Part shown: positions 51,044 to 63,243 of the stretch, one piece after another
Layout of the letters: the number at the start of each line of letters is the position of its first letter
Position numbering within the stretch: the stretch's first letter is position 1
Origin: Toensbergia leucococca
Taxonomy: Eukaryota
Assembly (NCBI GenBank): GCA_022813965.1
Contig: JALDZS010000103.1
Coordinates: 1-64,000, forward strand
Direction of reading: 5' to 3'
DNA: 64,000 nucleotides
Notes under the pieces: model-generated
The model's input: the letters and a program-made list of their open reading frames with translations, nothing else
What the model was told of the DNA's origin: nothing
Databases searched by the model: none
Program-made: the position numbers and the translations under genes

Positions 51044-53120
51044 TCTCTCAGCCATTGGGTTCTCTAACCACCGCACATCGAAACGCCCATTTGAAAAGTA
51101 TGGTCCTTTTCAGGGGGTAGAGTGAATTAGACTATGCCAGAACTTATGACTGAAGCCTTTCGGCCCACTTAGTATGCGCCCCAACAACCACATTAGGCAG
51201 AAAAGAGGCTGTCCGACTGCCAACACCATTCATGAGCTTTACAGACTCGATGGTCTTTCGCGGTTCCATCTTGTTTCCAAGGGACCATCTCATCGAGCTG
51301 CTAAGAACAATATATTATGAACAAACTCGGTTTTTCTATTATCTCATTGATCTGTCAATTGTCTGTCCTTTGCCCTCACCGTCAACACCGTCAAACTCAT
51401 TGTCCTTACAATCGGAACGCATCCCCCCGGATAGAGCCTTAAGAACAGACGGAAGATGAAGTAAAGTCTGGTTGATACCACCTGGGCTGAATCAAAAACC
51501 CCAGCTCCCACACTCTTCAATAGCCCTCAGTAACGAGACGCTTCACCTGACGCCATGTCCTACTTACTCTTGACCGCGCGAACGTCCTCAATCAGACACT
51601 TCAGCGTGCTCCAGGTCCCTAGGCTCAACTCCCCATGCTCCCAAAAAAAAGCTCCTCAGCTAATAACAAATTCCTCTTTTCACCCACTACCACTCAACCT
51701 AGCACATCAGAGCCAGGACACTCGCACAATTACTCGCAAGAAATGCCTCCACTTTTCCTCCTTCACCAAGTACCTCTTTCGCACCTCGTGCCAGATATCC
51801 ATTCCCAAAAGGGATTTTGAAAGGGAACAATTGCACTTTTCTTGCCCCATTGAGTCATAAATCCCCTTCTCTCTACATTGATTATCTTACTTTTGTATAT
51901 CTCTCTTTTGACTTTTCTATTGATATCGAATTTTCTTATGAAACTCCTTTGTTGGGAGGGAGAAGATAAGGGAGGTTGAAATGAGAGTTTGGGTGGGCTG
52001 ATGGAGAGGGCAAGGGATGGGGTTAGAAGGAGAAAGGAGGGAAGAGGGAAAGAATGGATGAAGAGGGTTGATTCGTGCGAACAATATAGAGACCTAGTAG
52101 CTAGGCACCCCGTTTCTATCCTTAAACACGCCCCTATCCATTTCAACACACCCTCATTCATTCCCTTCCCCTCCCCACCTGTTTCCCAAGGAAGGCATCA
52201 CGAGAGAGGGTACACTATTTGCACAGCCAGAAGCGGTTGATCTAGTCACATACTCAAGCTTAAAACTCTTTCAATATCACAAAGTCTATCTACTCAAGCA
52301 ACATCAAACAACCATTTCTTTTGAGCAAGACTTCACTATGAGTTACTGTAAGAAACGAGTAAAAGGAATATTAAATGTAGAGCTGACGGTATGTAGGTAG
52401 CCAAAATCATTTTAAGAACAGCCAGATGGTCAGGTGTTCCATAGCCTTTCCTGTTCAACGGGCACATCGCAAGACCTCCATTCATCATGATCTGGTTTGT
52501 CTTATTTTTTTCTTGCAGGGGGCTTTTGACATACCGGCATTCTGTTGCAACGCGGCATGTTATACTCAGTTCCTTACTTTCGAAGTAAATGTTAGTGCGC
52601 TCGTCCTTTTTCCGTAGTAATCAGACTCGCTACAGCCATGTTTCTTTTGACTTACAGTATGTAGCAGCTTTTGGCAGGGGCAGGTATGGTGAGTCCTGTA
52701 AATTAAGGAAAACCATTCGCGGTCTCGACCGTCAATACTCCTTGTTGGCTACGGCACAATATTATTACCCGCGAACAATTTTGACTATTTCAAATTGAGT
52801 GAATAATCATAAGGATGAGGCTGCGTTTCTTGCAAGTCAAAGGTGCAAACATCTGATTCGACTGTTAAGCTTGGTCCTCGGTTAGGGCAAGGGCAAGAGG
52901 GGTTCGAAAGTCTAGTTGCGTCATCTGCTACCTCAGGTTGTACTCGTACTCGTACTCATTCAGAGCGTTCATATTGAACCTCTACGATAGCAATTGACAA
53001 AAGCCAATCATTCCTGCAACAAAAGATTTATCCATTCCTTCCGAATAAGTGACTACATTCTGCCGAGCAATCTTGAATTGTACAGTCTCTCAAGGTTGAA
53101 TCCTACCTATTTCTTTAGCA

Positions 53121-53689
53121 ATGACTCTTTTCAGAGTATCCCCAATCTTCAGATCTTCCACCTCACATCTCTCTCCCCGTACAAATCTCCCACACACATT
53201 CAGCCAGCCTCGTCGTCTTTACGCTCAACAATCTTACGGAGGCGGAGATGGTGACCCGAAAGCCGGAGACCCTCAAAATCAAGGATCCAACCCTTCAGCC
53301 AACCTAGAGCATCCCGGTCCACCCCCTCCTGCAGAAGGTCTAGGTACAGGTGGAGGTCCGACAAAGGCAAACGACGATGGGCACAATACAAAAGAGAACA
53401 AATCTAGCGGTTCTGAAGAAAACAAAGAAGACACGAGCGCCAGTACAACAAGCAGTGGTGCACAGCCAAAGATTCATAGTGAGGGTGTCCCAGCGGAGCA
53501 GAGTGAAGAAGTGAGAAAGCACAATGAGGAATATGAGAAAAGACATGACCGGGCAGATACCAAGTCGGATGATGATGGACGTTAGCAAAGGGTTTGGGAA
53601 AGGTAAGTCCCGTTGAAACATAGCTGATGTCAATTTTGAGTAAGACTTATCAATGATTAGGTGACGGTGGCGCCGATAGGAACCCATGA
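53121..53689 (+). CDS. Small fungal hypothetical protein with a mitochondrial-presequence-like N-terminus; C-terminal frameshift likely
   Basis: R/S/L-rich N-terminus, then QQSYGGGDGDP..LEHPGPPPP..GGGPTK. The ORF stops at 53585, but intron 53603-53660 and a terminal GDGGADRNP-stop exon follow in another frame. Confidence 0.65.
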
Positions 53690-54364
53690 GTTTTCTCTGA
53701 TCTGATGCTGTTTAACGTGAAAAGCGCCTAGAAGCTTGACACCGTTAAAAAGACTCCTCTGCGTTCATTGCATTATGGTGGAAGTGCGTTTTCGCAAAGC
53801 ATTACAGGTTATGATGATGGGTCTCACCGTATACTATTACTTTATGCAGCAGGTCATGGAATGTAATTTTAGTAGCATCACTCTATCACCCCGGTGATAA
53901 GTGCTAGGAATAAATATTTACCAGCTGTAGCACATCCTGTAGGAAGACATTTACCCTTGGCAAAGTCGAAATATTACTCAAAGTTGAATATCAATTAAGA
54001 AATTGTCGATTGCTTGCAATCGTTTGATGCACGTCATAGGCTGCTACCAAAACAATGCGCGTTTCGCAGAACTGCATATGAGAATCAGGCACAATTGGGA
54101 TCTGCGGTCACGTCTTCTTCTTGTTCCATACTACCAAATTTTACCATCCTGAGAGCCACAGAATCTATCTTCATTGGATATCGTTCAATCATCGGTACGT
54201 CATAATCACTTGTCGAGCTTTTTTCGCTTCCTGTTCCTGCTTTCTGCCGTAACCACCTCACCCCAAACATCAACACCACTTCAAACACAACCACTCACTT
54301 CATAAAACCTATTCTGCTGACAGAAGCTAACCACTAGATTCTGGGACCAGTTGACAGGAAAGAC

Positions 54365-56371
54365 ATGAAGTTCTCTCTTTCTTGGGCCCTTGTGCTGGCC
54401 TTGGCCGCCGAGAGCACCGTTGCAAGCACTTGGTTCGGTAAAGCTGGTCAGTCATTCTTGCTTTCTCACGCGTTTCACACTACCTTGTGGGCATCTTGTA
54501 GCCTTTGCGCATGTTTAAGCTTTGATACCAGCTGTTTCGGCTGTGACATGCACTACATACCTGATCTTTTCCCGTTCCCCTGCATCTGTTTGTCTACAGA
54601 GTCATTATGCAATGTGGTCGATCTGATCAATCAGTGGATTTACACTGATGAATTTGCTTTTTAGCGTACAACAAATGGCATGAAACTGAGCTCGAACGTT
54701 GGCTTTCCGATCACAATGTTCCATATCCAACTCCTGCAGATCGCAAGGATCTCGAAACTCTTGTCAAGAGTAACTGGGACTCCAAAGTTGCATCACCTTA
54801 TGCCGATTGGGAGCCATCTCAGCTACAGTCATATTTGAAATCCAAGGGTCAAGATGTCAAAAAAGGCACGGAATCAAACAAAGAGAGCCTTGTCAGCCAG
54901 GTCAAGGCCTATTGGACCGACAGTGCAGACTCTGCATCAGATTCATTCCACAGTGTAAAGGATTGGGTCTTTGATAGGTCCTCCAAAAGATGCTTTTGTC
55001 ATGGGGCTCATGCTGACATTGAATTTACGCAGTTGGACTGATTCGCAGCTCAAGGCGTTTTTGGACAAAAACGGTATTCCAGCTCCTCAGCCTCGCAAAC
55101 GTGATACTCTTCTGTCTGCAGCTCGCCAAAATTATGAGGCCGTGGCTAAGAAGCTTGGCCAGACTGCTCAATATCCTGGTAACTGGCTCTACGAGTCATG
55201 GTCCGAGTCCGATCTCAAGGAGTTTCTTGATGAACGAGGGGTTCCCGTTCCCCAACCGAGCACCCGCGACAAGCTTATCGCATCGGTTCGCCGTAATGCT
55301 CGCCTGTCAAGTTTGAACATGAAGGAATACTCCGCATCAGCCTCCGCCTCCGCGAGTGCCGCAAAAGAAAGCCTAAGTGATGCTGTGTTTGACGCTTGGA
55401 GCGATAGTCAGATCAAGGAATGGGCCGATAAGAACGGTATCAAGGTTCCTCAAGGCTCTAAGCGTAACGAATTATTGGCTCTTGCTCGAAAGCACCGCAA
55501 TTCTTTGACTGGCGACAATGTTGCCTCGTCTGCATCTAGTATGTTTGGTGCTGCTACAACAAAAGCTGGAAATCAATTCGCTCAGGCTACCGACGACGCA
55601 TCTTTGAAGAGTGAAGATGCTTTCAATTCGGCTGTCGGCACGTGGAGCGATAGTCGTCTCAAGGCGTTCCTAGATGCTCGTGGCGTTCCTGTGCCCCAAG
55701 GGGGTAAGAAGGACGAGCTTCTCGCTTCGGTCAGGCTCAACAAGCATAAGGCCACTAGTGGATGGTCTGCATGGACGTTCGATACTTGGACTACCGATAA
55801 TCTTAAGTAACTCATCACTAACTTCATTGCTTGCCTATGCTAATTACTTAGGAAATGGCTGTCCACTCAGAACAACAAAGTTGCTAGCAAGTCGTCTGCG
55901 TCCCGCGATGAGTTGCTCAAACAAGCGCAAGACAGCTACTCTAGCGCGTCCAAGTCTGGCGGCAGTAACTATGCTTCGGTGACGTCGTATCTTGCAACAT
56001 CTACCAATGCTGTCAAGGACAATACGTTTGATACCTGGTCTGACTCTGAGCTCAAGTCGTATCTGGATTCTTATGGTGTTCCCAATTACCAAGGCAGCAA
56101 CACCAATGAGCTTAAAGCAATGGCTCGACGCAATGCAAACTACTTCCGTTACGGAACGTCGACTCCGCAAGACACTATGTTTACGAAGTTGCAGAACGGT
56201 GCTCAATGGGTACTTGATCAGCTAAAGATTGGGGCTTCGAGCGGGCGTAGCGAAGCAGGATATCAGGCAGAAAAGGGGGCAGACGCTGTCAAGGAAGGTG
56301 TGACTGCGGCGACGAACCGCGCAGGTGAGGCAGCGCAGAAGGCGGGTGACACGGTCAAAGAAGAATTGTAG
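54365..56371 (+). CDS. Ish1/Msc1-like stress-responsive nuclear envelope protein
   Basis: Signal peptide; repeated W(S/T)DSQLKAFLD..G(I/V)P.PQ..RD.LL units; YNKWHETELERWL; C-terminal KEEL; 3 introns. Confidence 0.88.
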
Positions 56372-56992
56372 GTGCGGAAGTAGCGAGTTGGAGTTGGTTA
56401 GGGCGGGAGGAGAATTTACAGTGGCACAAGGCACTGTGGTAGTGGGGCTCGGACAAAAGTGAACTATTGGGCGTGCTCGTGACTTGATGTACGTAAAATT
56501 ACGAGTAGGGTCGAATGTCCGAAAAGTTAGTTTTCTGACTATTGTCTCCACGATATTTCACATCTACGATCGGAACCTGGTACTGTAGTCGTACCAGCAC
56601 CAAATTGGATCAGTCTTCCTCCATGTTGCAGACCCCGCAATGCCGCTGGGGTCTTGGGCCCTTTTGGCGCTTTTACGGGCGAGACGAAGCTTTCCCATGG
56701 CGATGAACTAACAATGAACAACAAAGTCAGTTTCTCCACGATAGGCCTGAAACCATCCCGCTAAGGCCACTAGCAAAGCTCCATCACAAGATCCCGTGCG
56801 CGGTCGGATCTGCCCTCCCTGCCTGTGCCTGGGGGCTTTGCAATCCTCTGTATCAGGCAAGAATGAGGCATCCGCCTTTACCCCAGACAGAAAGAGTCGG
56901 TGAAGTAAGGAAGCACAGAGGAGAAGGATGAATGATATATCCACCACCCTGCCACTCCGACTATCCCAGGAACATTCCTGAAAAGCCCCGCA

Positions 56993-58233
56993 ATGGCCAA
57001 CTCTACTGCTGATGCTACCTCCGCCGCTTCCGCCAAACCTGCAATCCTCCATCTAGGCGAACCCATCATCTACAACCCCGCCATCTACGCCCGTTTACTC
57101 TCTCAATTCCAGATCATCAATCCTCTCGCCTCCGACCTTGATCGCCCCACCTTCATCCATCACTTGAGAAACAAAACATGGGGAAATTTTCAGGCCATCA
57201 TGAGGCCGTTTTGGAATACAGGCAAGGACATGGGAGAATGGGACCGCGAGCTGATCGAGCTTTTACCCGAAGGAATGAAAGTCATGGCGAGCGCAGGAGC
57301 TGGATTCGATTGGGTGGATGTGGCATGCTTGGCCGATCATGGTGAGTCCCGCCGAGCTGGTCCAGTCATTTAAGCTTCAACATCGAAGGATTCATCTCCG
57401 CGGGCATTCTCTGATGAGTGGGATTGCAATGCCCGTACGATTGCGTGTCCGTGGCAAACAACTCGACTAACCCTGTGTGTCGTGCCCCAGGAATCCTCTA
57501 CTGCAATGGCGCCGGCGCTTCCTCAGAAGCCGTCGCCGACATGGCCATCTTGCATATCCTCTCCGTCTTCCGCAACATCACCTGGTCACACCTAGCCGCC
57601 CGATCCGGCAGCCCAGAGAAATGGCTCGACGCTCACCAAAATGCCCCCATAACAGCCCATAATCCCCGCGACCACACCCTCGGCATTATCGGCCTGGGTA
57701 ACATTGGTTACAAGATCGCGCAGAAAGCCTATCTCGCCTTCGGCATGCGCATCCTCTATCACGACCTCTACCAGAAGAGCCCGCGGCTTGAGGCTGACAT
57801 CAATGCCACCTTCTACGAAGATCTAGATAGCATGCTCCACGCCTCTGACTGTGTTCTCATAGCCACCCCCTTTGCCGGCAAAACCCTCATCACAGCCCCC
57901 ACGCTCGCCAAATTCAAACCCGGCTCCCGCTTCGTTAATATTGCGCGGGGCGGCCTCGTCGACGAAGATGCCCTTGCGGACGCGCTCGAGTCAGGTCACT
58001 TGCATGCCGCGGGGCTGGATGTTCATGCGCGGGAACCGCTCGTCAGTGAGCGGCTGAGAGACTTGTGGAATGTCACTCTTACGAGTCATACGGCTGGCGG
58101 GGCTATGGAGACGTATGTGGAGTTTGAGAGGCTGGCGATGGAGAATGTGGAGAGGGTTTTGAACGGAGAGGAGGCTTTGACGGGGGTGAATAGGCATTTG
58201 ATGAGGGGGTATACGAATGGAAATGGGCATTGA
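56993..58233 (+). CDS. D-isomer-specific 2-hydroxyacid dehydrogenase (D-mandelate dehydrogenase-like)
   Basis: ASAGAGFDWVDV, GIIGLGNIG, VNIARGGLVD, AGLDVHAREP, TSHTAG; intron ~57342-57490. Confidence 0.92.
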
Positions 58234-58239
58234 GGGGGG

Positions 58240-59470
58240 TTAGGTGCAGGATGAATCGGGAAGGGGGCCGTGGTATGGCTTGGTTGTTGCTGTTTCCTTT
58301 TTCTGGTTGGGGGCGGGCTCTTTTTTTTTTGACTTTATTCGTTTCTAGACTTTGTGGAAATCCTTCAGTGGATGGACCCGATTTGAGTGGGGGTCACCGA
58401 TGTGTTTTTACTAGCTCTTGCTGTGGTCATCTACTTTATTGATGTCTTTTTTTAAAAAAAAAGAGCGCGTTTTAATTTTCTTTTTTTTAATTTTGGGTTT
58501 TGGGTTTTGGTCTTCATTGGGCTGTTTTTGTTATTTTTTTCAGTTGAAATAATTTAGCTTTTCAACACACGTTCTATGTTCTCTCTCTTTGTTTTACTGG
58601 GTAGTGTGCCCAAGTAAAAAGTGCGACTACCTATATTAAAAAAAAAGCATTAAGAAAAACTTAAAAACATTTGCGGGAGGGGGCGGGAATTTGATTAAAT
58701 TCATTTCCCGCAGCTTTTGTTGGGCCCCGAATCCTTCGTCAACTTTTCGTAAAAACAAAAAAAAAAAAATCTATTCTACTACTCTACACATCAACAACCT
58801 TTTCCCTTCGCTTTAAAATTCCGATTTGTGGTCTTTTAATCACGAGCAACGAATACACTGACACCCCCTGCCCTTTTTCCATCCCATCCCATTCCTTTCC
58901 CATACCCCATCCCCTTCCCGACCCGAAAAAACTGAGCTGCAGATGCGAATCTTCACACACACACCCCCCCCCCCACCCAAAAGCCCAGCCGTCGGGTCCT
59001 TGCATGTGACAGATCATGGAATACGTAGCTTTCCCGATTTCTTTTTTTTCCCGATAAAGACGCCCGTCACGCACACACACACACACACACACAATTTAAA
59101 CCCCCCCAACCGGGGAGCGGGATGGATGGGATTGTTACATTCCAGCACCCCCATACCACCCCACCGGGCTCTCCCGCAAAAACTCAAAGTCACCCATCCC
59201 ACGTTTTCCACCTGCCGCACGCATAGGTGGCACCAAACACCCGCGCAGATCTGGTGTTGGACTAATGGGCCCGTTTTTTTTTTTTTTTTTCTTGTTGGTA
59301 GGGGTGGGGGGGGAGGAAAGAGCTTGGGCGGGTTAGAACAAAAAAGGATGTGTTTTTTGGTGGGGAGGGGCAATTCTAACGGGCGCTCAGAGAAGATGAG
59401 TGATATTTACACCTTTACCTTTCATCACTTCCTCAGTCCTCCGCCTTGAATCCCCTCTTACACCCTCTCT
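58240..59470. repeat. Low-complexity homopolymer island with a (CA)n tract and a C/A-to-G/T switch near 59250
   Basis: Long T, A, C and G runs; (CA)n at ~59072-59092. Confidence 0.75.
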
Positions 59471-59479
59471 AGCCCCCGT

Positions 59480-60015
59480 TTCTACACAATATAACTTTTT
59501 GAAATTAGGGCATCAGTAGTCTATATGTGAGCCCTACAATGACCTACATAAATGTGCAGGGATAATCAAGCCTTGATCAATGTCTGAGCTTGAAAGTTCA
59601 CATTGAATAGAAATCACTGAGCAGTGAGGTTGTTACATAACAGAAAACACTCAATGTGATCTATGTCACTACTGTCATGAGACTTATAAAGACTAAGAGT
59701 CATCATCAGACAGCTAAGTTGAAATTCAAACAAGATTAAGTACATTGAGTTGAAGCAAATCAAATCTAAGCAAAGGTGAAAGAAAATTGAACAGCTGAAA
59801 TGAGCTAGACTTATAGCATTCAGACAGGAGATTGTGATGTTGAGCTGAAAGCAGATCACCTTAATGAATGAATGTTGATACATAATGCACATGTTTCACA
59901 CACACATATTTTATCTTGATAAACTTGCTTGTTCTGACACATTTATAAACTAGCTGAATAGACTTGCTTGTGATCAGCTGTATTCAGTGAGTGAAAGGAT
60001 GAAGTGAGACATGAG
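59480..60015. mobile_element. AT-rich, CpG-free segment, probable RIP/methylation-eroded repeat relic
   Basis: No CG dinucleotide between 59478 and 60016, few CC/GG, excess TG/CA, no recognisable ORF. Element family not identifiable. Confidence 0.5.
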
Positions 60016-61489
60016 GCGCTTCAAGTGGCATTTGCTGTGTGATTCAGCCATGGGAGAAGGTGAAGCATTTTCATTTCCTGAGGTATCTGACCGTGCTCAC
60101 CATTCCTCATGAGGCTTGGTGAGATTGATAGCTGTGTGTTTGAGAATGGCTCTAGAACTTTGAAGGATTGGTCAGTAGTCAGGTACCTTCAAATCACAAG
60201 TTTCCGTCCTATCTAGCTACCTAGGTGGTGGGTGATTGTCTTGATTGCCCGCATTTGCACGGAGATTAGCTTTGGAGATGTCGTTCACCATCGTGATCTA
60301 CTTATACTCTTGCACGCCCAAGAAGATGGCTGAATTGGTCCACACCATTCTAGGCAAGACAATTATAGGCATACGCTTTATCAGATGGTTCTCGTACTAC
60401 CTCACTATGTATCTTTCGTAGGTGGCTCCAATATCGCCTTCCTCGGATGGAAATTGCTAGGGCAAGGATCAGAAAATCGAGGAGTTGGAAGACCGAGGGC
60501 CTCGGGCCATGTGCCCGGAATTCGGGAATTCGGACTTGCACATGGACGCTAGATTACGTAATGATAGCTAGTTAAGTAGCCAGTTTTTAGCTCAGAAATC
60601 GATCATCTTTCCACCTCATGTTTTTCGAGGACGAGACCTTTAGTTGGTAGATAGAAAGATACCATAACTTGACTACGATTCTCGATTATATTATCGTTGT
60701 CTACGATTCCTGATTACATTATCGAACTTACGGACCCATAGCGTCTTTCTGAAATGTTACATTTGTTCTTTCGCTTATCTAGTACTTTTAGGGCATCTGC
60801 TGCGATCCATTAGACTGGGATCCCTGGACTTGAGGCTCACGACAAGCATTGTCTCATCTTAAGAGGAGCCACAGCTCACAGTTTTACCGTCAGTCCTATT
60901 ACACAGCATGATATTAACATATTTGATATCAATTCACTGTCCTTCCAACGTATTATTTGGATTTAAATCAGAAGTAACAGATTCTGCAGCAACCCTGCGT
61001 CCACGTGGTAAGTTAAGAATCTTCTAGCGTATGCATCTACTGTGGTAGTACGCTCGAGAAGTCCTCCGCTGCGCGCTCATTAGGTAGTTGACTAAGTGGC
61101 CGCTGCTCTGCTTCCGCCCTACTCTCCTTGAGCTCCCTCTATCCTTCATCCTGCTCCTTCATGCTCCAGACCTGCTCCCTGAGCTTACCCTCTCGACCTC
61201 CCGGTGTGTGAGTCTCGCATTCTATTCTGCCTCTTTGAGTTAAAATAGTTCCCGAAGTATTGAAACCGACATCCTTTAATGATCATGTCTTGACTTCGAA
61301 CCTCACTCGTCATCACACCATTTCGCATCCATTTACTTCCATCACTGGATCATCGCTATCGTAGAAGCAGACGAGCTATTAGACAGCATCGTTTTCCAAA
61401 ATCCACCACAACGGAATTTCGAGATGCGGGATCGCCTTGCCAAGCTAGACGCATATATGAGGTCGCGAACTGTCAATGAAGATAAACAT

Positions 61490-62200
61490 CTAGCTCGTGG
61501 CCGGTGGCGCGTCGTCTGCTACATCTAGCACCAAGGCCATCTATTCAAAGGACATTCTTTCTTCCGCGTCCACGCTCATCATCAGACCATTTTCAGGCTC
61601 GAACATTTCCGCTCTTTGCTGACAGTCACGGCCAAAAAGCTCGTCCATGATATTTTATCCAGCAGCGTACGAAAATATGTAGGTCGCTCTGATCAGATCT
61701 GTTAGAACCCAGAGTCCAACTATCGGACACCGTTTTAACTCATACACGGTGTTGGGATGTCCGCTGTCACAAGCATTCTCCTGCTTGGCTCTGAAGGCGC
61801 TATGGTCTGACGTTTCTCTCCTACCTGGTCCTATTACATCGCTCACTCCCATCCCGCCTTTCGTAGTCGGCGTAGATGTCAAAATCTCCTTAATCCAATT
61901 TTAATGAACTCTCGCACTATTGCCGTGAGAGAAGGTCATTCACATGCTCCTTCAGAAGTCTATTATTGAGCTCAAGAGCACTCTTCTCCTTACAAAGTGT
62001 CTCTTCTCCACCTAGCACCACGGATTGATTCATCAATATTCTTCGAAGCAGTTCCATGCCTCTCTAGCTCAAGCTCCGCAATTTTTTTCTACGCAGCTCA
62101 GTAGTCTGTGTCAACAGATTCTTGCTTTAATTGAGTCGTCAAGGCCATCGAGATTTGCAAGAGTCCCGGGACCATTTCGCACCCCACGAGTTGCAGTGGA
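61490..62200 (-). pseudogene. Degraded fungal HNH endonuclease (HNH_2-type) gene
   Basis: One frame reads GRRETSDHSAFR..RCPIVGLW..RATYIFSYAAG*NIMDELFG..EMFEPENGLMMSVDAEERMSFE*MALVLDV, matching the recalled pattern CP(I/V)xG..AAHI.P..M..LFG..NGLLL..E..FD. In-frame stops at 61655 and ~61541. Confidence 0.65.
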
Positions 62201-63243
62201 TGCAAGCGTTGTACTTTCCATAAGGTTCCATTAACAGTTTCGTCAACGGGTACGTTCTTCTACTTTTCGTTCCTTCCAACGACCTCGTATATCCATCTCA
62301 AAGCTCTTCATTCCACCAATATCATTCTCAACAACCTGCTCAAGTGCATACTCACTTGCTTCACAACCAGAAATTTGAAGTCGATTTAGATAGAGACATG
62401 CTGAATGAATGAGGGGGGGGGGCAGCAACAGAAATGAGCAAGCGATTTTAATTCGATCCAAAGCAAAGGGGAAGATGATGGAATAAGAACCTTATACATG
62501 ATAAAAGTCGAACGTAAAAAAGCTTTTTAGAAGTAAAAAAAAAAAGAGCGAGATTGACTTCATGAATTTTGAAACAAGAGTCTAAACCGCACATGAGATT
62601 CAGTCCAATATTGAATGGAAATGAGAGAACTAGGTCAATTCAAGAGATTTAAGAATAGGATTTGAAGCGAAGGTGGATACATGTCGGTCAGGGTCGTTGA
62701 GAGCGAGTCAACATATATGAATGTTATCTTTTCGTGGTCAGTAAATAGAGTGTTGAAAAGAGTCATTTGTTATACGAACAGATATATATATAACTCGGTC
62801 CTTTCATAGCAGGGAGTCACATGGAAACTAAACGTTCGATGGATCAAGAGGAATAATATGTTGACTCTATGAATGAGTGATGAATGAAAAGCTCAAACTC
62901 ATAATCCTGTGTATAGAGCAACTTGGAGAAGCCAACCAAAACCTAGTCAGTTGGTAGTGATCGCTGATCAGGCTATCTTATGTACAAGCTTTTAATATGT
63001 ACATGTTAGCCATGAATGAATACTCGATCCACCACCATATCTATACTCCGGTAAGGTCAGAAAGCTGTTCAGATCAAAAAATCTATGGTAAGAGGCTGAA
63101 AGACTAAGAATGTGAGGATAATGCTGTAGGAGTCGCTGAATCAGTTATCATGCTAGTAAATACCATACCGTCTGCCTAACTCTCTATTGCCAAGTCTTGG
63201 GTTCTTCAGCAATCATGCCAACAAAAGACAAATTACCACTCAT

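Noticed and set aside
57400..57470. Hammerhead-like CTGATGAG within a stem in the dehydrogenase intron
   Set aside because: The required GAAA core after stem II is missing (reads GATT).
60672..60724. Two imperfect ~28-bp direct copies (CTACGATTC..GATTA.ATTATCG)
   Set aside because: A simple local duplication with no further structure.
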